A stretch of 64,000 bases of DNA, from positions 744,001 through 808,000 of the forward strand of contig JAIVFI010000006.1 in the NCBI GenBank assembly GCA_025558095.1, read 5' to 3'. The position numbers and the translations under genes are program-made. This DNA is from Hyaloraphidium curvatum SAG 235-1 (lineage: Eukaryota > Fungi > Monoblepharomycota). Under the pieces are notes generated by a model. That model saw only the letters and a list, made by a program, of their open reading frames with translations. It did not search any database and was not told where the DNA came from. Below, piece after piece: positions 10,892 to 22,970 of the stretch (positions within the stretch are counted from its first letter, which is position 1; each line of letters starts with the position of its first letter).

Positions 10892-13800
10892 TCAGACGCC
10901 GTCCAGGATCTTCCTCAGCAGCGCCCCTTCCCTCCCAAGCAGGCCCTCAACCTGTCCTTCGATCCCCTCAAGTTCGACGATGCACCTCCTTATGGCGCTC
11001 CCGAAAGCGAAGAGGTACAGCAGCGAAGTCCCGGTCCTCAAGCGGTCGTCCCCACTAGCTTCGCCCGACGCCAGCAGATGTTCGAACTCCTCCTTGCCCC
11101 GCTGCGTCATCCGGACCGAGGCCGCCCTGCTGGTAACCGACGGCGAGAGCGGAGGCAACCTCTCCTTCAGAGCCAGGCAGCTCTCGAGGGTGTTGAACTG
11201 CGTCATGATGGCCGCCAGCAGCCGCCGCCGGTACGGCAAGAGGTTCCGGGCAAGCTGCGACGCCAAGGCGGCCGACGTCCAGTCCGCCGTCAGCATGTCC
11301 TCCATCACCGACATGAGATCCAGCAGATCCTGGCACCTCCGGAGCATCTCGTCGTACCTCGCGACCGAGAACGGGACCTCGAGGTCCGGCTCGCCGGCCG
11401 CGAAGCGGAGCTCTGCCCGCAGATCCTGCAGCTGGAGCCGGCACTTGCTCTTGATCTTCTCGAACCGCTTGTCGGCGGCGCTGACGGCCGAGGCAATGCC
11501 GCTCTCCTTGAGCAGGGGGGCGAGGAAGAGCTCGTTGAGGACGAAGAAGAGCCGGGATTGGTAGTGCAGATGGCGCGACAGCTTGGTGCGCACGGTGATC
11601 CGCGAGAGCTGGGGCACTGCAATCCACGATGAGTGATTGCCAGCTATGCAGACCACGGGCAACGCCGACTCACGGAAGAACCAGACCGAGAACAGGGTGA
11701 TGAGGACGCCCAAAGTCACGTTGATGGTCCGGAACGCTGCAAACAGCGCAAACTCGGAAAGCGTCTGCGGGCTCCCGTTCAACACGAAATCGTAGCCGTC
11801 CAGCCCCACCACCGTCCACGTGATTATCCCCACCAGGCCCGCGTAGGCCACCGACGGCATGAACAGGAACCAGTACGAAAACAGCAGCTCGAGCGGCAGG
11901 AACAGCAGCAGCAGCGGGATGGGCTGCGCCGGGAACCACCACCAGTTCAGGACCACCCAGAACCCGCCGAGAACCGTGCCGAGGATGCGGAGCAGGCCCG
12001 CGGTGGTTGTGGTTCCGGTGTTGGGTTGCAAGATAATGAGAACGGTCAGAGCCATCCACACACCATTGTACGTCGAGAAAAACGTGGCGGAAAACGGGAT
12101 AAAGGCCCACATGAGCGCGATCGTCGAAGAAATGATGATCTTGAGCGCGTACATGGCGGCGGGCGATTGGAGCGCGGCAAAGAGGCGCCGGAAGAAGGCA
12201 ACGAAGATGTTTGGGGGCTTCCCTGTGGCTTCCATGAGCACCGAGCCCCGCGCAGCCCGTTGCGAGGGCTTTTCCGAGAGCGCAGACGAAGGGCCCTGCT
12301 GCGAGATCGGCAGCCGGTCGGCCTGTTCGCGACCCAGGAAGACGGTCATGCGCCGCCTGCGAATGTCGGGTGCTGCGCCGTTAGCCGTCGGCGACAGCGG
12401 ATCCGAATGAGAACCGTTCATGCCGGCGTCGGGATCCGCGTCCCTGACATCCGCAGCGTCCCACAGATCGTTCACTTCGTCGCCGAACCCGGCTTCCGGG
12501 AAATAGAGCCGCCGCCCGCGCAGCACGTGCCTGGCGAACCAGTTGCTGGGCGGTTCGACCTCCCCGAACGTCGTCCAAATCCGGTCGACCAGGTGGTCCA
12601 CCTGCCGTGCCAGCTTTCGCACCGTGAGGAGGAAGAAGGAGGAGTTGAGCGCCGAAGGGGACGGGGTGAAAAAGTCCCAGGACGCGTGGTGAGGATCGAC
12701 CTCCGGCACCGCGGATTCCACGGCCGCGCTCGAGAGCAGGATCGCGTTCTGCACCTCGTAGAACCTTGACCGGGCCGTCCTCAGGAAGCCGTGGGGCCCG
12801 CTCTCCATCGTGCTGTTTTCCACGGACGACGCCCGCTCCGAGAACCTGGGCTTCTGCAGCACCGGCGACACCCGCGCGACCTCTTCGGCCATCACCGTTC
12901 CGAGCTCCCGCAGGGCATCGTCCAGTTCTGCCCGCAGCTCGGGCTGGCCGGCCCCCGTGGTCCCTTTGGATCCCCAGTATGCCCCGGCAGCGAGCGAACA
13001 CCCGCCCAGCTGCGACAGGATCGCCGACACCTCCCCCGCGGCGGCGACGACCCTGTTGGGGCGCACCTTGCCGATCGTCACCTCGTATTTGAGCTCCTTC
13101 ATCAGCCGGCCGAGATCGTCCAGCTGCTTGTGCATGGCGTCCGAGAGGGGGCGGAGGCGCTCCGCGGCCTGGGCGGGGTCGTCGGGGGCCGAGAGGAGGA
13201 AGGAGACGGCGCGGGAGATGAGATCGAGGGAGTCGTGGATGGCCATGCGGAGGCGGTGCGACGCGGTGTCGGGGAAGATCAGAATGTTCACGAGAACTGT
13301 GCGGGAGAGGACGAGATGAGCGGGTTCAGCAAGAACAAGGAGCGGCGTCAAACGCACGGGAGATGATGATGCCGAAGCACATGAGACCGGCTGAGCGCCA
13401 GACCTTCGGAATGTCCGCCGCCTGGATGACTGAAACGTTGACAAAGATGTTGGAAATCATGGTCATTTCCGTCATGATCACCAGGGGACGGAACGTCGGG
13501 AACTTGTAGTGCTGCAGGCACGCCAGCGCGTAGAACATGACCAGGATGAGGACCATCGCGCTGAATCCCGACAGCGACGTCGCGACCGAGCTCGGGTACG
13601 TCGTATTGATATGCGCGATCATCACGTTCTCCACCGTGTTGAAGAGGCCGCCCAGCACGGCGCCAGCGAGGCCCAGGAGCGAGACCTTGATCTGGGCGCC
13701 GAACGTCCGCGCGGGGTGGAAGATTGCGGCGACCACAGGCAGCAGCACGGGCACGTGCGACGAGAGCTGGAAGGCAAAGTCGGTGAACGCGATCGCCGTG

Positions 13801-14249
13801 GAGATGTACAGCGCCACTGTAAGCTTGAGCCAGCTCTTGAGGCGCTCCGGCGTGAAGTAGGTCCTCAGAAATGCAGCCAGCCTGCTGGGCGGCGGCTCCG
13901 GGTACGAGAATGCGGTCGCGGCGCGCTCCGTCCCGTCCAGCTGGCGGGGCTCCGGCATCGGCGAAAGCACGTGCTCCTTCTCGACCTCCTCGTCGAACTG
14001 CTTGACGGCTTCCGGCGGAGGGTCCTCGCCGGGCAGGCCGTTCGGGCCGGGCAGGCCGTTCGGAGCCCGTCCCGCCGTCCTCTTCCCGTCTCCTCCGCCA
14101 TCGCCAGCATATTCCTTGGAAACAGGGCTCCACACCGTGATCCACGCGTCATCATCGGCGTCAGCGCCTTCCAGGCTCGCCAGGTTGTGGAGCGGGACGC
14201 CCGAGTCCGCGGCCTCTGCGCCGCCCGCCGGGGGCCCGCCGGTCGACAT
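10892..14249 (-). CDS. FUSC/aromatic-acid-exporter-type multipass membrane protein (Bre4-like)
   Basis: Two TM bundles (FHPARTFGAQI; YALKII...WMALTVLIILQPNTG...RILGTVLGG...RTINVTLGVL) separated by helical cytosolic domains; intron near 13.3 kb. Confidence 0.8.
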
Positions 14250-14589
14250 GGGCGCCGCAGCAGGACGCCCGCGAGGGGCTGAGCATCAGCGATGGAAGCA
14301 GGTGGCTTCTAGCCCTCCGCCGAACTGCGGGGCCGTTCCGAGAAGGGCGGAAAGATTGGTGTCTCTCAAGCAGCCGACGGGTTGCCGACGGGCCACTGGC
14401 CCACCAGCAAAGAGCGGAATGTTCGAATGCGATCAACACCCCGGCCGGCAATGATAGCAGAAAATCAAGTATGTCCATCGACAATGAAAGAGCTACTGTA
14501 CAGAGCCAAAGATGAACGGCATTTACCAGCGCCAGAGATCAAGATCAATCATCCCCAAAAGCCTCCTTTCCGAAATCCAACGTCGCGCT

Positions 14590-15825
14590 TCACGCCCTAC
14601 TGATCGGAACCCAGACCTCCATGCCCCCTTTCCCCTTCCCTGCCCAAGGCGGATCGTACCGCACGAGGATCTCCGGCCCCGCCGCCTTCCACCCCCTCAG
14701 CCCCTTCCTAACCTTGCCCGCCTCCTCTCTCAGCTCGTCGGCCTCCTTCAGCGGCGCCGCCGCCACCGCGAACTCTTCCCACCTCTCCGCCCGCACCCCG
14801 GGCACCTCGCTCCCCGGCGCGCCCGCGAGCCGGGGCGGGAGCACCGCCGCGACCTCGAGCCCGTTCCCCGCGCGCCGCGAGAGCCACGCCGCGGGCGGGG
14901 GGATCCGCCAGCACCCGCCGTCGGGGGCGGCGTTCAGCCCCGAGGTGTACGATAGGAGGCCGGCGACGGCGGTGCGGGGGAAGGGCGGGGTGTGCCGGGG
15001 GTGCGTCGAGACGGCGAGAGTGAGGTTGTACAGGCGGATCTGGTGGGATTTGGGGGAGCGGAGGAGGGTGTAGGGGGGGAGGAGGTTGGAGGGGGCGGTG
15101 CCGTGGATGTTGGGGCGGTGGTGGGCGTGCACGTGGTATGACTTTTCGGCATCGTGACCGTGGTCCGGCCGGCCCGGGCGGTGCGGCCGGTCGGGGCGTC
15201 CCGGGCGTTCGGGGCGGCCGGGGCGCTCCGGGCGGCCCGGTCGTTCATGAGATCCAGAACCCGAGTCAAACCTGAAGCTGCTCCCGTGAGTGTGCTGCAC
15301 GAAAGTGTGAGGTTGGTCCCATGGCTCGGTCCTCGCCACAGCGAACCTTGTTTCCACCCCTCAACACCTCCTCGTCGTCCACCGCAGGGAGCATCGGAGC
15401 ATCGATGCATTTTGGCTTCTTCGTCGGCACGTCGAACAGCGAGCCGAAGGCCGGGCCGGGGGCGGGCAGGGGTTTCGCGGCCGGGGCGGAGATGCCGGGA
15501 GCCGGCTCCGTGCGCCAGTCCGGGAACTCGTGGAGGCCAAGGTAGCGCGAGGCGTATTCTTTGGGGAATGAGGCGCACAAAGGGAGGAAGTCCGGGTTAG
15601 GCCATGCTCGGAGGTCAGCGGACCCTGGACGGAGTTACCTGCCCACGGCGCCAGCAGCATCCAAGCGGCGGCGGCCAGCACCACGGCGAGCAGTGCCCGG
15701 CCGACGGCCCTGCGGCGGGCGGCAGCGCGGTCCCGCTCGGCCCGCAAAGAAGCGACCTCGGCCTCGAGGGCCGCGAAGCGGGCGGCGGGCGCAGCTCCGG
15801 ATTCCAGTTGTTTCGCCGTCGCCAT
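14590..15825 (-). CDS. SOUL/heme-binding-like protein with N-terminal TM anchor and Pro/Arg/His repeats; multi-exon
   Basis: PPYTLL..HQIRLY, LLSYTSGLN, RYDPPW...EVWVP at the C-terminus; TM segment LLAVVLAAAAWMLL. Confidence 0.6.
15160..15246 (-). repeat. Coding tandem repeat, 18-nt period, (RPGRPE)n
   Basis: Encodes RPGRPERPGRPERPGRPDRPHRPGRPDH. Confidence 0.8.
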
Positions 15826-16167
15826 TCCGCCCAGGTACCCGAGACTAGGGCCTGCTTAGTGCGAAAAGCGGGCCGCGGAGGGCCTGCGGTGCGGCGCGGC
15901 CGCGGGGCAGCGGGCGAGATTCGAGAAAGTCTGCCAGCGCAGCACCGCTCAGGCCAGCTTTCGCAAGCTGCGATGCCCCTATGAAAATCAGTGGAACGAT
16001 TGAAAGGAGGTATGTTTCGAGAGAAGGACCAGCCGATCATGTTCCTGCCGTTCCAATACAGTTATGTTACGTTTCCTTACGCTACCGTCGCGAAGATCTG
16101 TGTCCTTCCTTGCTTTCCGCCCGTCAGGTGACGCCTCCGCCTTGACGGACAGCCGAACCCGTTTCGC

Positions 16168-17007
16168 TCAAAGGGCAGCGGCAACGACCAGCGCCGCGGC
16201 TCCGGCGAGCACGATCCCGGGGACGAGCGTGCCGGCGGCGGCGGGCCTCGAGGTGGTCGAGACGGCGCTGGCTGAGGTGGCGGCAGTGGAGACGGCGCTC
16301 GTCGCGGCAGTGGTCGGGCCAGCGCTGGTCGCGGCGGTGGTGGGTGCGGCAGTGGTGGTGGCAACGGCGGTGGTCGTCGCGGGGGCCTGGGTCGTGCTGT
16401 CGTCGCCGGGATCACGGGATCAGTGGAAGGAAGGAATGAATGAGACGGGTGGTGATCAGCGGATTCCCGGCAAACCCACGTCGCGACGGGCACGGTGCCG
16501 GTAGCGCAGGTGGAGCCGGTCAGGGTGACCGGAGGCAGCAGGCTGGGTGACTGCGAGGCGATGGTGCAGATTTGGGCGAACGAGCCCGCGAGCTCATCCA
16601 CGTCCGAGGCGTTAACACCGGGGAGGCCACCGATGGCTGCGCAGCCCCTCAGGCACGAGGTGTAGGAGGGGATGTTGGGGCACACGCAGTTGAGCGCGTT
16701 CTGCGGGGGCGGCAAGGGTGAGCGGGGGGCACCGAGGGGGGGGGGGGGGGGTGCCACAATGCCGGCAACCCACGCCAAGGTTATCGAAGACATTGCCGTT
16801 AATGTACCTCGAAGTGCATTCGAAGAAGCTGGTGCAGGCGGCCACGGAGCCGCACGCGTTGCTCGTCTCGCACGGGTCGATGTTCTGCCTCTTGGCGAGA
16901 GCCGGGTGGCGAGCCGCGACCGCCGGGGGGAGCAGGGCGAGCGGGTCCAGCGCGGCGGAGGTGCCGAGCACGGACACGAGAACGGCAAAGGCAAGCAGCA
17001 GCTTCAT
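16168..17007 (-). CDS. Secreted Cys-rich, Thr/Ala-stalk, probably GPI-anchored cell-surface protein; 2 introns
   Basis: MKLLLAFAVLVSVLG signal; KR processing site; Cys-rich domain; TTAA stalk; hydrophobic C-terminus. Confidence 0.75.
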
Positions 17008-17783
17008 GGCGGCGAGGAGGGCGGCGGCAGGAAACGCGTCAAGTGGTGGCGGCGGTGGGTGATCCCCCTGGCCTTTGCTGTGCCGTCCCAATTCGGCCTG
17101 ACCTGCCGCATACCGTTTCTCGCGAGCAGTGCGGAATGGATGGGATGCGTCTGTCCGGCGCGGCTTTGATTCTTGGAGATGGATGCATACCGCATCGGCT
17201 GTTGCATTGCGCCGCAGGCAACCAATTGAGCGGAAGCCCGGTTCCGTCCATGCACCCGGCGGAAGATCCCTCGATCGTGGCTTCGGCACTCTTCGGCATC
17301 ACATCGGTCATCTCCAATCGAGCGATACTCTGAGTCGAGCGTCAGTGGGAGTTGTCGCGACGGGATATCTGCTGTATTCACCTCTGGCGCGCTGCTCGCA
17401 GTAGATTCAGGAATCCTCTCCGCGAATCTCCAGATGGCCGACTTTCTCGCGAAAACCACGGGCAGAGCCCCCAATGGCTACGAAATAGCCGGCGCGGCGT
17501 ACGACCGCCCATTGTCGCGGCCCGAGGTCCTCGGCGCAATCGTTTCTTGACCGGCCGAAAGCGAGTTCCACAAGACTGCTGGAGTGCGCGCCTATGGCGA
17601 AAATGCGCAGCCGGTGGGGCCCGGCCGGGACATACCCGTAACCCAGGCATGTAGGGAGACGCCAGCCGGCAGCGCCGACGCCCGTGCAGGATCGAACCGA
17701 GTCCGGGACTTCGGAACGCGGGTCGCGGGCCCCACAAAATCCGGCCTCAATAGGACGCGCCACACTCGACCTCCCCGCCGCCG

Positions 17784-18380
17784 ATGGCCTGCAAACGCGT
17801 TCTTATGTTGCTCCTTATTTCACTCGTGGCGTGTGCCGCGGCAGACTCGGCCGCGAAGGCCCCCCCGCCCGACGAGCGCGCATGGGCGGCGGCCCGCGCC
17901 GGCGACATCCCCGATCTCGGGCCGCTCCTCGACGGCGCGGACATCGATGCCCGCGAACCCGGCACGGGTCAGACGCTGCTGATGGCCGCGGTCCTCGCCG
18001 GCGCCGCCGAATCCGTCAAGTTCCTGCTGCTGCGCGGCGCCGACCCGGCCGTGCCGGAAAAGGACGGCTACACGCCGATGCACGGCGCCGGGTTCCAGGG
18101 GCGGCCAGAGGTGGTCCGCATCCTGCTCGCACACGGGCTGGACCGCGACGACGCGCACGCGGACGGCTTCACCGGCTTCCACCGCTCGCTGTGGGGCGCG
18201 CTGAAGCGGCACACCGAGGCCGCGAGGGCGTTCATCGAGGCCGGGGCGGACGTGAACGCGCGGGCGGGCGACGGCTCGCGGCCGCTGGACATGGCGATCG
18301 AGGCGGGGAACGCGGGGACGGTGGAGCTGCTGCGGAGCCACGGGGCGCTGAGCGACGGCGGGGAGAGGGACGAGCTGTGA
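17784..18380 (+). CDS. Ankyrin-repeat protein with signal peptide and C-terminal RDEL
   Basis: GQTLLMAA, GYTPMHGA, GFTGFHRS, GSRPLDMA repeats; ends RDEL*. Confidence 0.85.
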   Translation: MACKRVLMLLLISLVACAAADSAAKAPPPDERAWAAARAGDIPDLGPLLDGADIDAREPGTGQTLLMAAVLAGAAESVKFLLLRGADPAVPEKDGYTPMHGAGFQGRPEVVRILLAHGLDRDDAHADGFTGFHRSLWGALKRHTEAARAFIEAGADVNARAGDGSRPLDMAIEAGNAGTVELLRSHGALSDGGERDEL

Positions 18381-18431
18381 CATCAAACGACTCCAACTGC
18401 AGCAGATCAACTGCAGCAGGTGCGGTGCTCA

Positions 18432-20339
18432 TTATGACGGCCTGCCGGTCAGCTTGCCCCACGCCCTGCCGATCCCGTCCAGCACCCCGTCCAGCCCCTT
18501 CCCGCCGTCCTCCACCGTCGCCTGCGCGGCCGTCCGCCCAGCGTCCCCCGCCATCCCCACGTCCTGCTGCGCCTGCGGCACCGGCTCCGCGGGCGGCGAG
18601 GTGAGCTGCCTCAGGGCCTCGACGTAGTCTGCGGGCGAAACGGGGGCGTCGGTGCCGGCGAACAGGGCGCCGCCGGCGTGGGCCGCGCGCAGTTCGGAGT
18701 AGGTCGCGCCGCCGAGCACAAAGACGGCGGCGGCGGGGGGAGGGGAAGCGGCGGGTGCGGGTTCCTTTTTCTTGGGGAAGCCGAACGCGTCCCACGGCTT
18801 CTTCTTGGGCGGCGCTCCGACCGGCTCCGGAGGAATGTCCGCGGCGAGGTAGGGAAACAGCGTCGTGTCCAGTGTCCCCCGTGCCGCATCCGCCAGTACG
18901 TCCGCGACCACGGGCACGTACCCGTCCTCCTCCCGCTCCCCTGCCTCGGAAGCGTACTCCCGCCTGTACACACCAAACGAGCCCGCGACAATGTCCACGT
19001 TCGCGAGGGCGGGCAATGCAAGCGGGGACAGCCTCGCCGCGAGCACCAGCTGCGTCCTCGCCGGCTCCGCGGGCCGCAGGGCGACCAGCGCCAGGAGCAG
19101 CAACCTCAACCTGTCCCCCTCCTGCGTCGCCGGATCAGCGAGCAGCCCCCTCGCGGCATCCAGCGCGTCCCCCCCGGCGCCGCCCCGCAGCAGCATCCTC
19201 TCGACCCCGACGAACCGCGCGATCCGCCGGGCCTCGTACGCAGCGATGCATGCCCCGCACAGCGATACGTGGCCCGCGTACCGCGCCTTCTCCTCGTAGT
19301 ACGCCGGGAGCGAGTGCACCGCGGCGCGGAGGCCGTCCACGCTCGCGGTCGCTTTGGCGTCGCCGAGGCCCTTGCGCGCCGCGGCGTTGGTCTTGGAGAA
19401 GGCGTCGAAGGAGGAGGCGATGCTGCGCGCGGCGAGGTCGATGGGGAGGTGCCTGTTTGCCATCCACAGCGGGTCGTCCGGTTCGAGCCGGAACGTGCGC
19501 TTCACCCCTGCCGCGTCGTCGTAGGCCCACTCGCTGCCCTTGAGCCCGAGCAGATCCCGCGCCATGGCCTCGTACGTCAGCTCGTGTAGCAGCGGCGCGG
19601 CGGGGTCCAGGCTGCGGTCCGCGAGGACCAGCACCGGCCTCTCCGCCTCGGTTTCGGGGAACGGGATGCGGTCCAGCTCGGCGCGCACCATGCCAGCGAG
19701 GATCTCGACCAGGGGGCGGAGGTTGGACCGCAGCCGCGATCGGGAATGGAACCGCACGCGGGGGTTGCCGAGCGAGGAGGCGGCCGAGGCGATGCCCCGG
19801 GCGACGGCGCGGAGGTGCGCGTCCAGGGCGGCGGGGGTGATCAGCGGGGAGAGGGCAAAGTAGGTGGGTGTGGGGAGGGGGGCCAGGGGGAGGGCAAAGG
19901 TGCGGGGGCTGAGGGGGAGGAAGTCGGTGCGGAGGGCGTCGACGTCCGACAGGAAGCTGCCCGCCGGGCCGGTCCCCAGCCGTGCCTTGAGGTCGGGCGG
20001 CGGAGGCGCCGAGAAGACAACACTAGCCTCCGAATAGCGCGCCTTGCCGCGGAAGTCGTCCTCGATCGGCCCGACGGATTCGGCTGACGGCTCGACAAAG
20101 TACACCGCCGGCATCTCGGGCCGCGGCACCCTCCGCCGCGTCGCCGCCTCGACCGCGACAATGCGTTTGTCGAGCACGTCCGTCAGCGAGAAGGCGCTGC
20201 CCAGAACGCGGACCGTCGCGGGGTCGACGACGAGGACGCGCCATCGGTCCGCGCCGCCGGCAGAGAGGACGCCGTCGAACAGTCGCCCGCGGAGCACGGC
20301 GCGCAGATCGTTCGGCAGCGCGTCCTGAGGCGGCCCCAT
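18432..20339 (-). CDS. SEC1: Sec1/Munc18 (SM) family protein, intronless
   Basis: WRVLVVD, AVYFVEPS, LVLADRSLDPAAPLLHELTYEAM, DPLWMANRHLPI, VFVLGGATYSELR. Confidence 0.88.
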   Translation of the reverse strand: MGPPQDALPNDLRAVLRGRLFDGVLSAGGADRWRVLVVDPATVRVLGSAFSLTDVLDKRIVAVEAATRRRVPRPEMPAVYFVEPSAESVGPIEDDFRGKARYSEASVVFSAPPPPDLKARLGTGPAGSFLSDVDALRTDFLPLSPRTFALPLAPLPTPTYFALSPLITPAALDAHLRAVARGIASAASSLGNPRVRFHSRSRLRSNLRPLVEILAGMVRAELDRIPFPETEAERPVLVLADRSLDPAAPLLHELTYEAMARDLLGLKGSEWAYDDAAGVKRTFRLEPDDPLWMANRHLPIDLAARSIASSFDAFSKTNAAARKGLGDAKATASVDGLRAAVHSLPAYYEEKARYAGHVSLCGACIAAYEARRIARFVGVERMLLRGGAGGDALDAARGLLADPATQEGDRLRLLLLALVALRPAEPARTQLVLAARLSPLALPALANVDIVAGSFGVYRREYASEAGEREEDGYVPVVADVLADAARGTLDTTLFPYLAADIPPEPVGAPPKKKPWDAFGFPKKKEPAPAASPPPAAAVFVLGGATYSELRAAHAGGALFAGTDAPVSPADYVEALRQLTSPPAEPVPQAQQDVGMAGDAGRTAAQATVEDGGKGLDGVLDGIGRAWGKLTGRPS

Positions 20340-20772
20340 CGCGGAACCGACTACGACCCGCCCACCCGTCTCAGAACCGGCGTGCCTCCCAGCCACGGAT
20401 AGGAGCCGAGCGGCTCGGCACGGTGTGCCCCCAAAAGTACGTGCCAGCCGCTGGCCCCTCAGCACGGTAGAAGCCACGGTTCATCCCGACGCGGAATCCC
20501 CGTAGCTCCTTCCACGAACCCAGGGAACCTTGGCGGTGGCCCAGGCGACTTTCCCTCCTCCACCTTTTCGAACGACACGGCATTCTTGCTTTCGCTCCCC
20601 GTTGTTTACATTGGCCGCACCGTCACCCTGCGACCCTTTCGACCTTACGACAACCACGGCAGCCGCCTTCGCCGCTGATGTTATAGGTACGCAACGCAAT
20701 CGGTCGGCTTTATGTCCCGGTCTGCTCGTAGCCCGGCCTCCGCCGGTGTTCGCGGATCTCGGTCTCTCTCTC

Positions 20773-20852
20773 GCCTCCTGCGCCCGGATGTCCATCCCCA
20801 GTCACCAGGTCGGCCTCCTGCGCCCGGATGTCCATCCCCAGTCACCAGGTCG
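20773..20852. repeat. Perfect 2 x 40-nt tandem duplication, intergenic
   Basis: gcctcctgcgcccggatgtccatccccagtcaccaggtcg twice, with no spacer. Confidence 0.9.
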
Positions 20853-20904
20853 TTCGACGTCAGGTCTTATCCGCACCCGCGGCTTCTCGGTGTGGAAGTG
20901 GCCA

Positions 20905-22583
20905 TCAACGGCCCGGACAAAAGCTCTCCAGCGCCACGTACACGCCGAGCGTCCTCAGCACCGTCCAAATGCCGATCCCCAGGGTCACTGCCGACACCAG
21001 GAAGGTCCTCAGCAGGCCGTACGAGATCGGGAAGCCGAAGAACAGCGCGCGGTAGTCGTCCATCTCCAGGAACGACGAAAGCACCCGGTCGTGCTGGACG
21101 AGCTCGTCCACCGCCTCCGCGGATCCGGGCCCCCCCGGCCGCGCGGCGAGGGCATCCGAAACCAGGACGCGGATCTCCCGCTGCGCGCCGCGGTAGACCG
21201 ACGCGACGGTGGCGAGCTCCTCGTTGAGCGCGGCGAGCCCGACGAGGCTTTCCAGCTCCCAGTTCAGCACGAAGACGATCGTCGCGAGCTGCCATGCGCA
21301 GATGCAGCTTCCGGCGGCCTGCGACGCACGGCGGCGAGGAGATCAGTGAGGTAAGGGACAAAGGAACGGGCAACGACCGACACCCACCATGGTCACAACC
21401 ATACCGACCAAAACTGCAACCGGAACAGTGTAGGTGTACGAGCTGCGCACTATCTTCAGGTTGAGCGAGTTGCGGGACCGCCAGAGACCGCACAGCCTGT
21501 AGTGCAGGCGGACGTAGAGGTACTGGTCGTTCTTGCCGGCGTTGGCCGCGGAAGGCCCGGAATCCCCGGACAGGAGGAGGGCTCGGTACCGTTCCAGGAG
21601 GGAGCGGACGGCGAGCGCGGCGGCGCGATGCTGCAGCCTCTTTTCGACGTCCGCGACGCCGGTGTTGGGGTGCGAGATGAGGGACGTCGCCATGAAGAGA
21701 TACGAGAAGAGCAAGACCGCTGCGATGGTGCAAAGGTCGGTGAGGATCGACCTTCCGAGTGCCGAGGAAACCAACCCAAAAGCGTCAGCAGAAGATATGA
21801 CCACCAGTAGCCGAAAAACTGCGAACCAAAGGTACGGAAAGTCGTGATTGGTATCAGGACGCTGTAGCACCACACGAACGCCGCGTTGCTCGCGACGACG
21901 ACGAGCCCGTGCCACGCCGTGTTCCTGGGCGTCCGTCCGGCGCAGGAAGCTTCCGGGCACGGGCACAGCTCGTCGCCCTCCTTGTGTAGAACGAGCTGTG
22001 ACCGTGGCTTGGACCCCGGGGCCTGTTCCTCGCGCCCGCGGGCGACCAGTTGCAGCCAGCGCGCGAGAGGAGCGAGGCCCGACGCGTCCAGGGAGACCTC
22101 GGGGTTTTCCGCCCTGACGTAACTGGGCAGCCTGCTCAGCGCAACGAAGTAGTACGCGCTCAAGCTCAGAACGAAAAGAACGGCCGCTGCGAACCCCGTG
22201 GCGAGCTGCGCGCCCCCGAACCTCCCGTCGTTGAACCGGAACGCCAGTCCCATGATCGCCAAGGCAACGGCAGCGTAGATGATGTTGAAAGCGAGATGGA
22301 GGGGAATCGGGGCCACCAGCTTCAAACCCGCCACCGCGGTCGCGTGGAGCGCGCCATGGCCGCGGAAGGACGCGAGCATCGAGTCGATCGTCAGCGGCCG
22401 CGCGACGCGCAGCTCCGCCGCGGGATCGGCGGAACGCCACTCGTGGCGGTCGGATTCGGCGTCCGCAAAGGTGTCCAGCGGTGGCAGGGCCGGCGGAAAG
22501 AGGGTGAGCCACTCCGCCGGTTCGAAGTCGAACGGCTCCTCAGCGCCCGCGGGCGGATGCGGCGCGTCGGGCAGCTCGATCAT
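20905..22583 (-). CDS. 7-TM family member A (gustatory-receptor/DUF3537-like candidate); 2 introns
   Basis: DFEPAEW, FNDG, PLARWLQL, HKEGDELCPCPEASC, EKRLQHRA, YLYVRLHY, FFGFPISYGLLRT...ESFCP; shared with three paralogues in the window. Confidence 0.8.
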
Positions 22584-22970
22584 CGTCAAGTGGGGCGTGT
22601 CTGGGAGTTTGGGACGCGCACGGCGGGACGGCGGGACGACACCTGATGGAGAGCGTGTACCCCGGGAGAGTAGAATTGATCGAGCGCGCAGTCATCTTCG
22701 CGTGTCCGACCCGATTCAGCTTCTCTCTCACGCTGATGTCATGGACGTGGATGGTTTAGGATGATCAGAGGTGGAGGACGATCCGTACTACGCTGCAGAT
22801 GGACCGACTATACAGAGCCCGTTACACTCAGGGCCCGTTGCGCTCATGACCTACATAAGCTCATGATCTACCTGACGACACATCAGATCCCAAAGCCAGC
22901 GCGTCCAAAGCCAGCGCGTCCCAGAGCCAGCACGTTTGAACTTCGCATCAGGCCGATCATTCAAAACTCC

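Noticed and set aside
20773-20852. 40-nt direct repeat as a CRISPR array or mobile-element end
   Set aside because: Two adjacent copies, no spacer, no cas or transposase gene, eukaryotic context
22890-22935. 15-nt tandem repeat, plus G/C homopolymers at about 16736 and 48987
   Set aside because: Simple slippage repeats in non-coding DNA with no evidence of function
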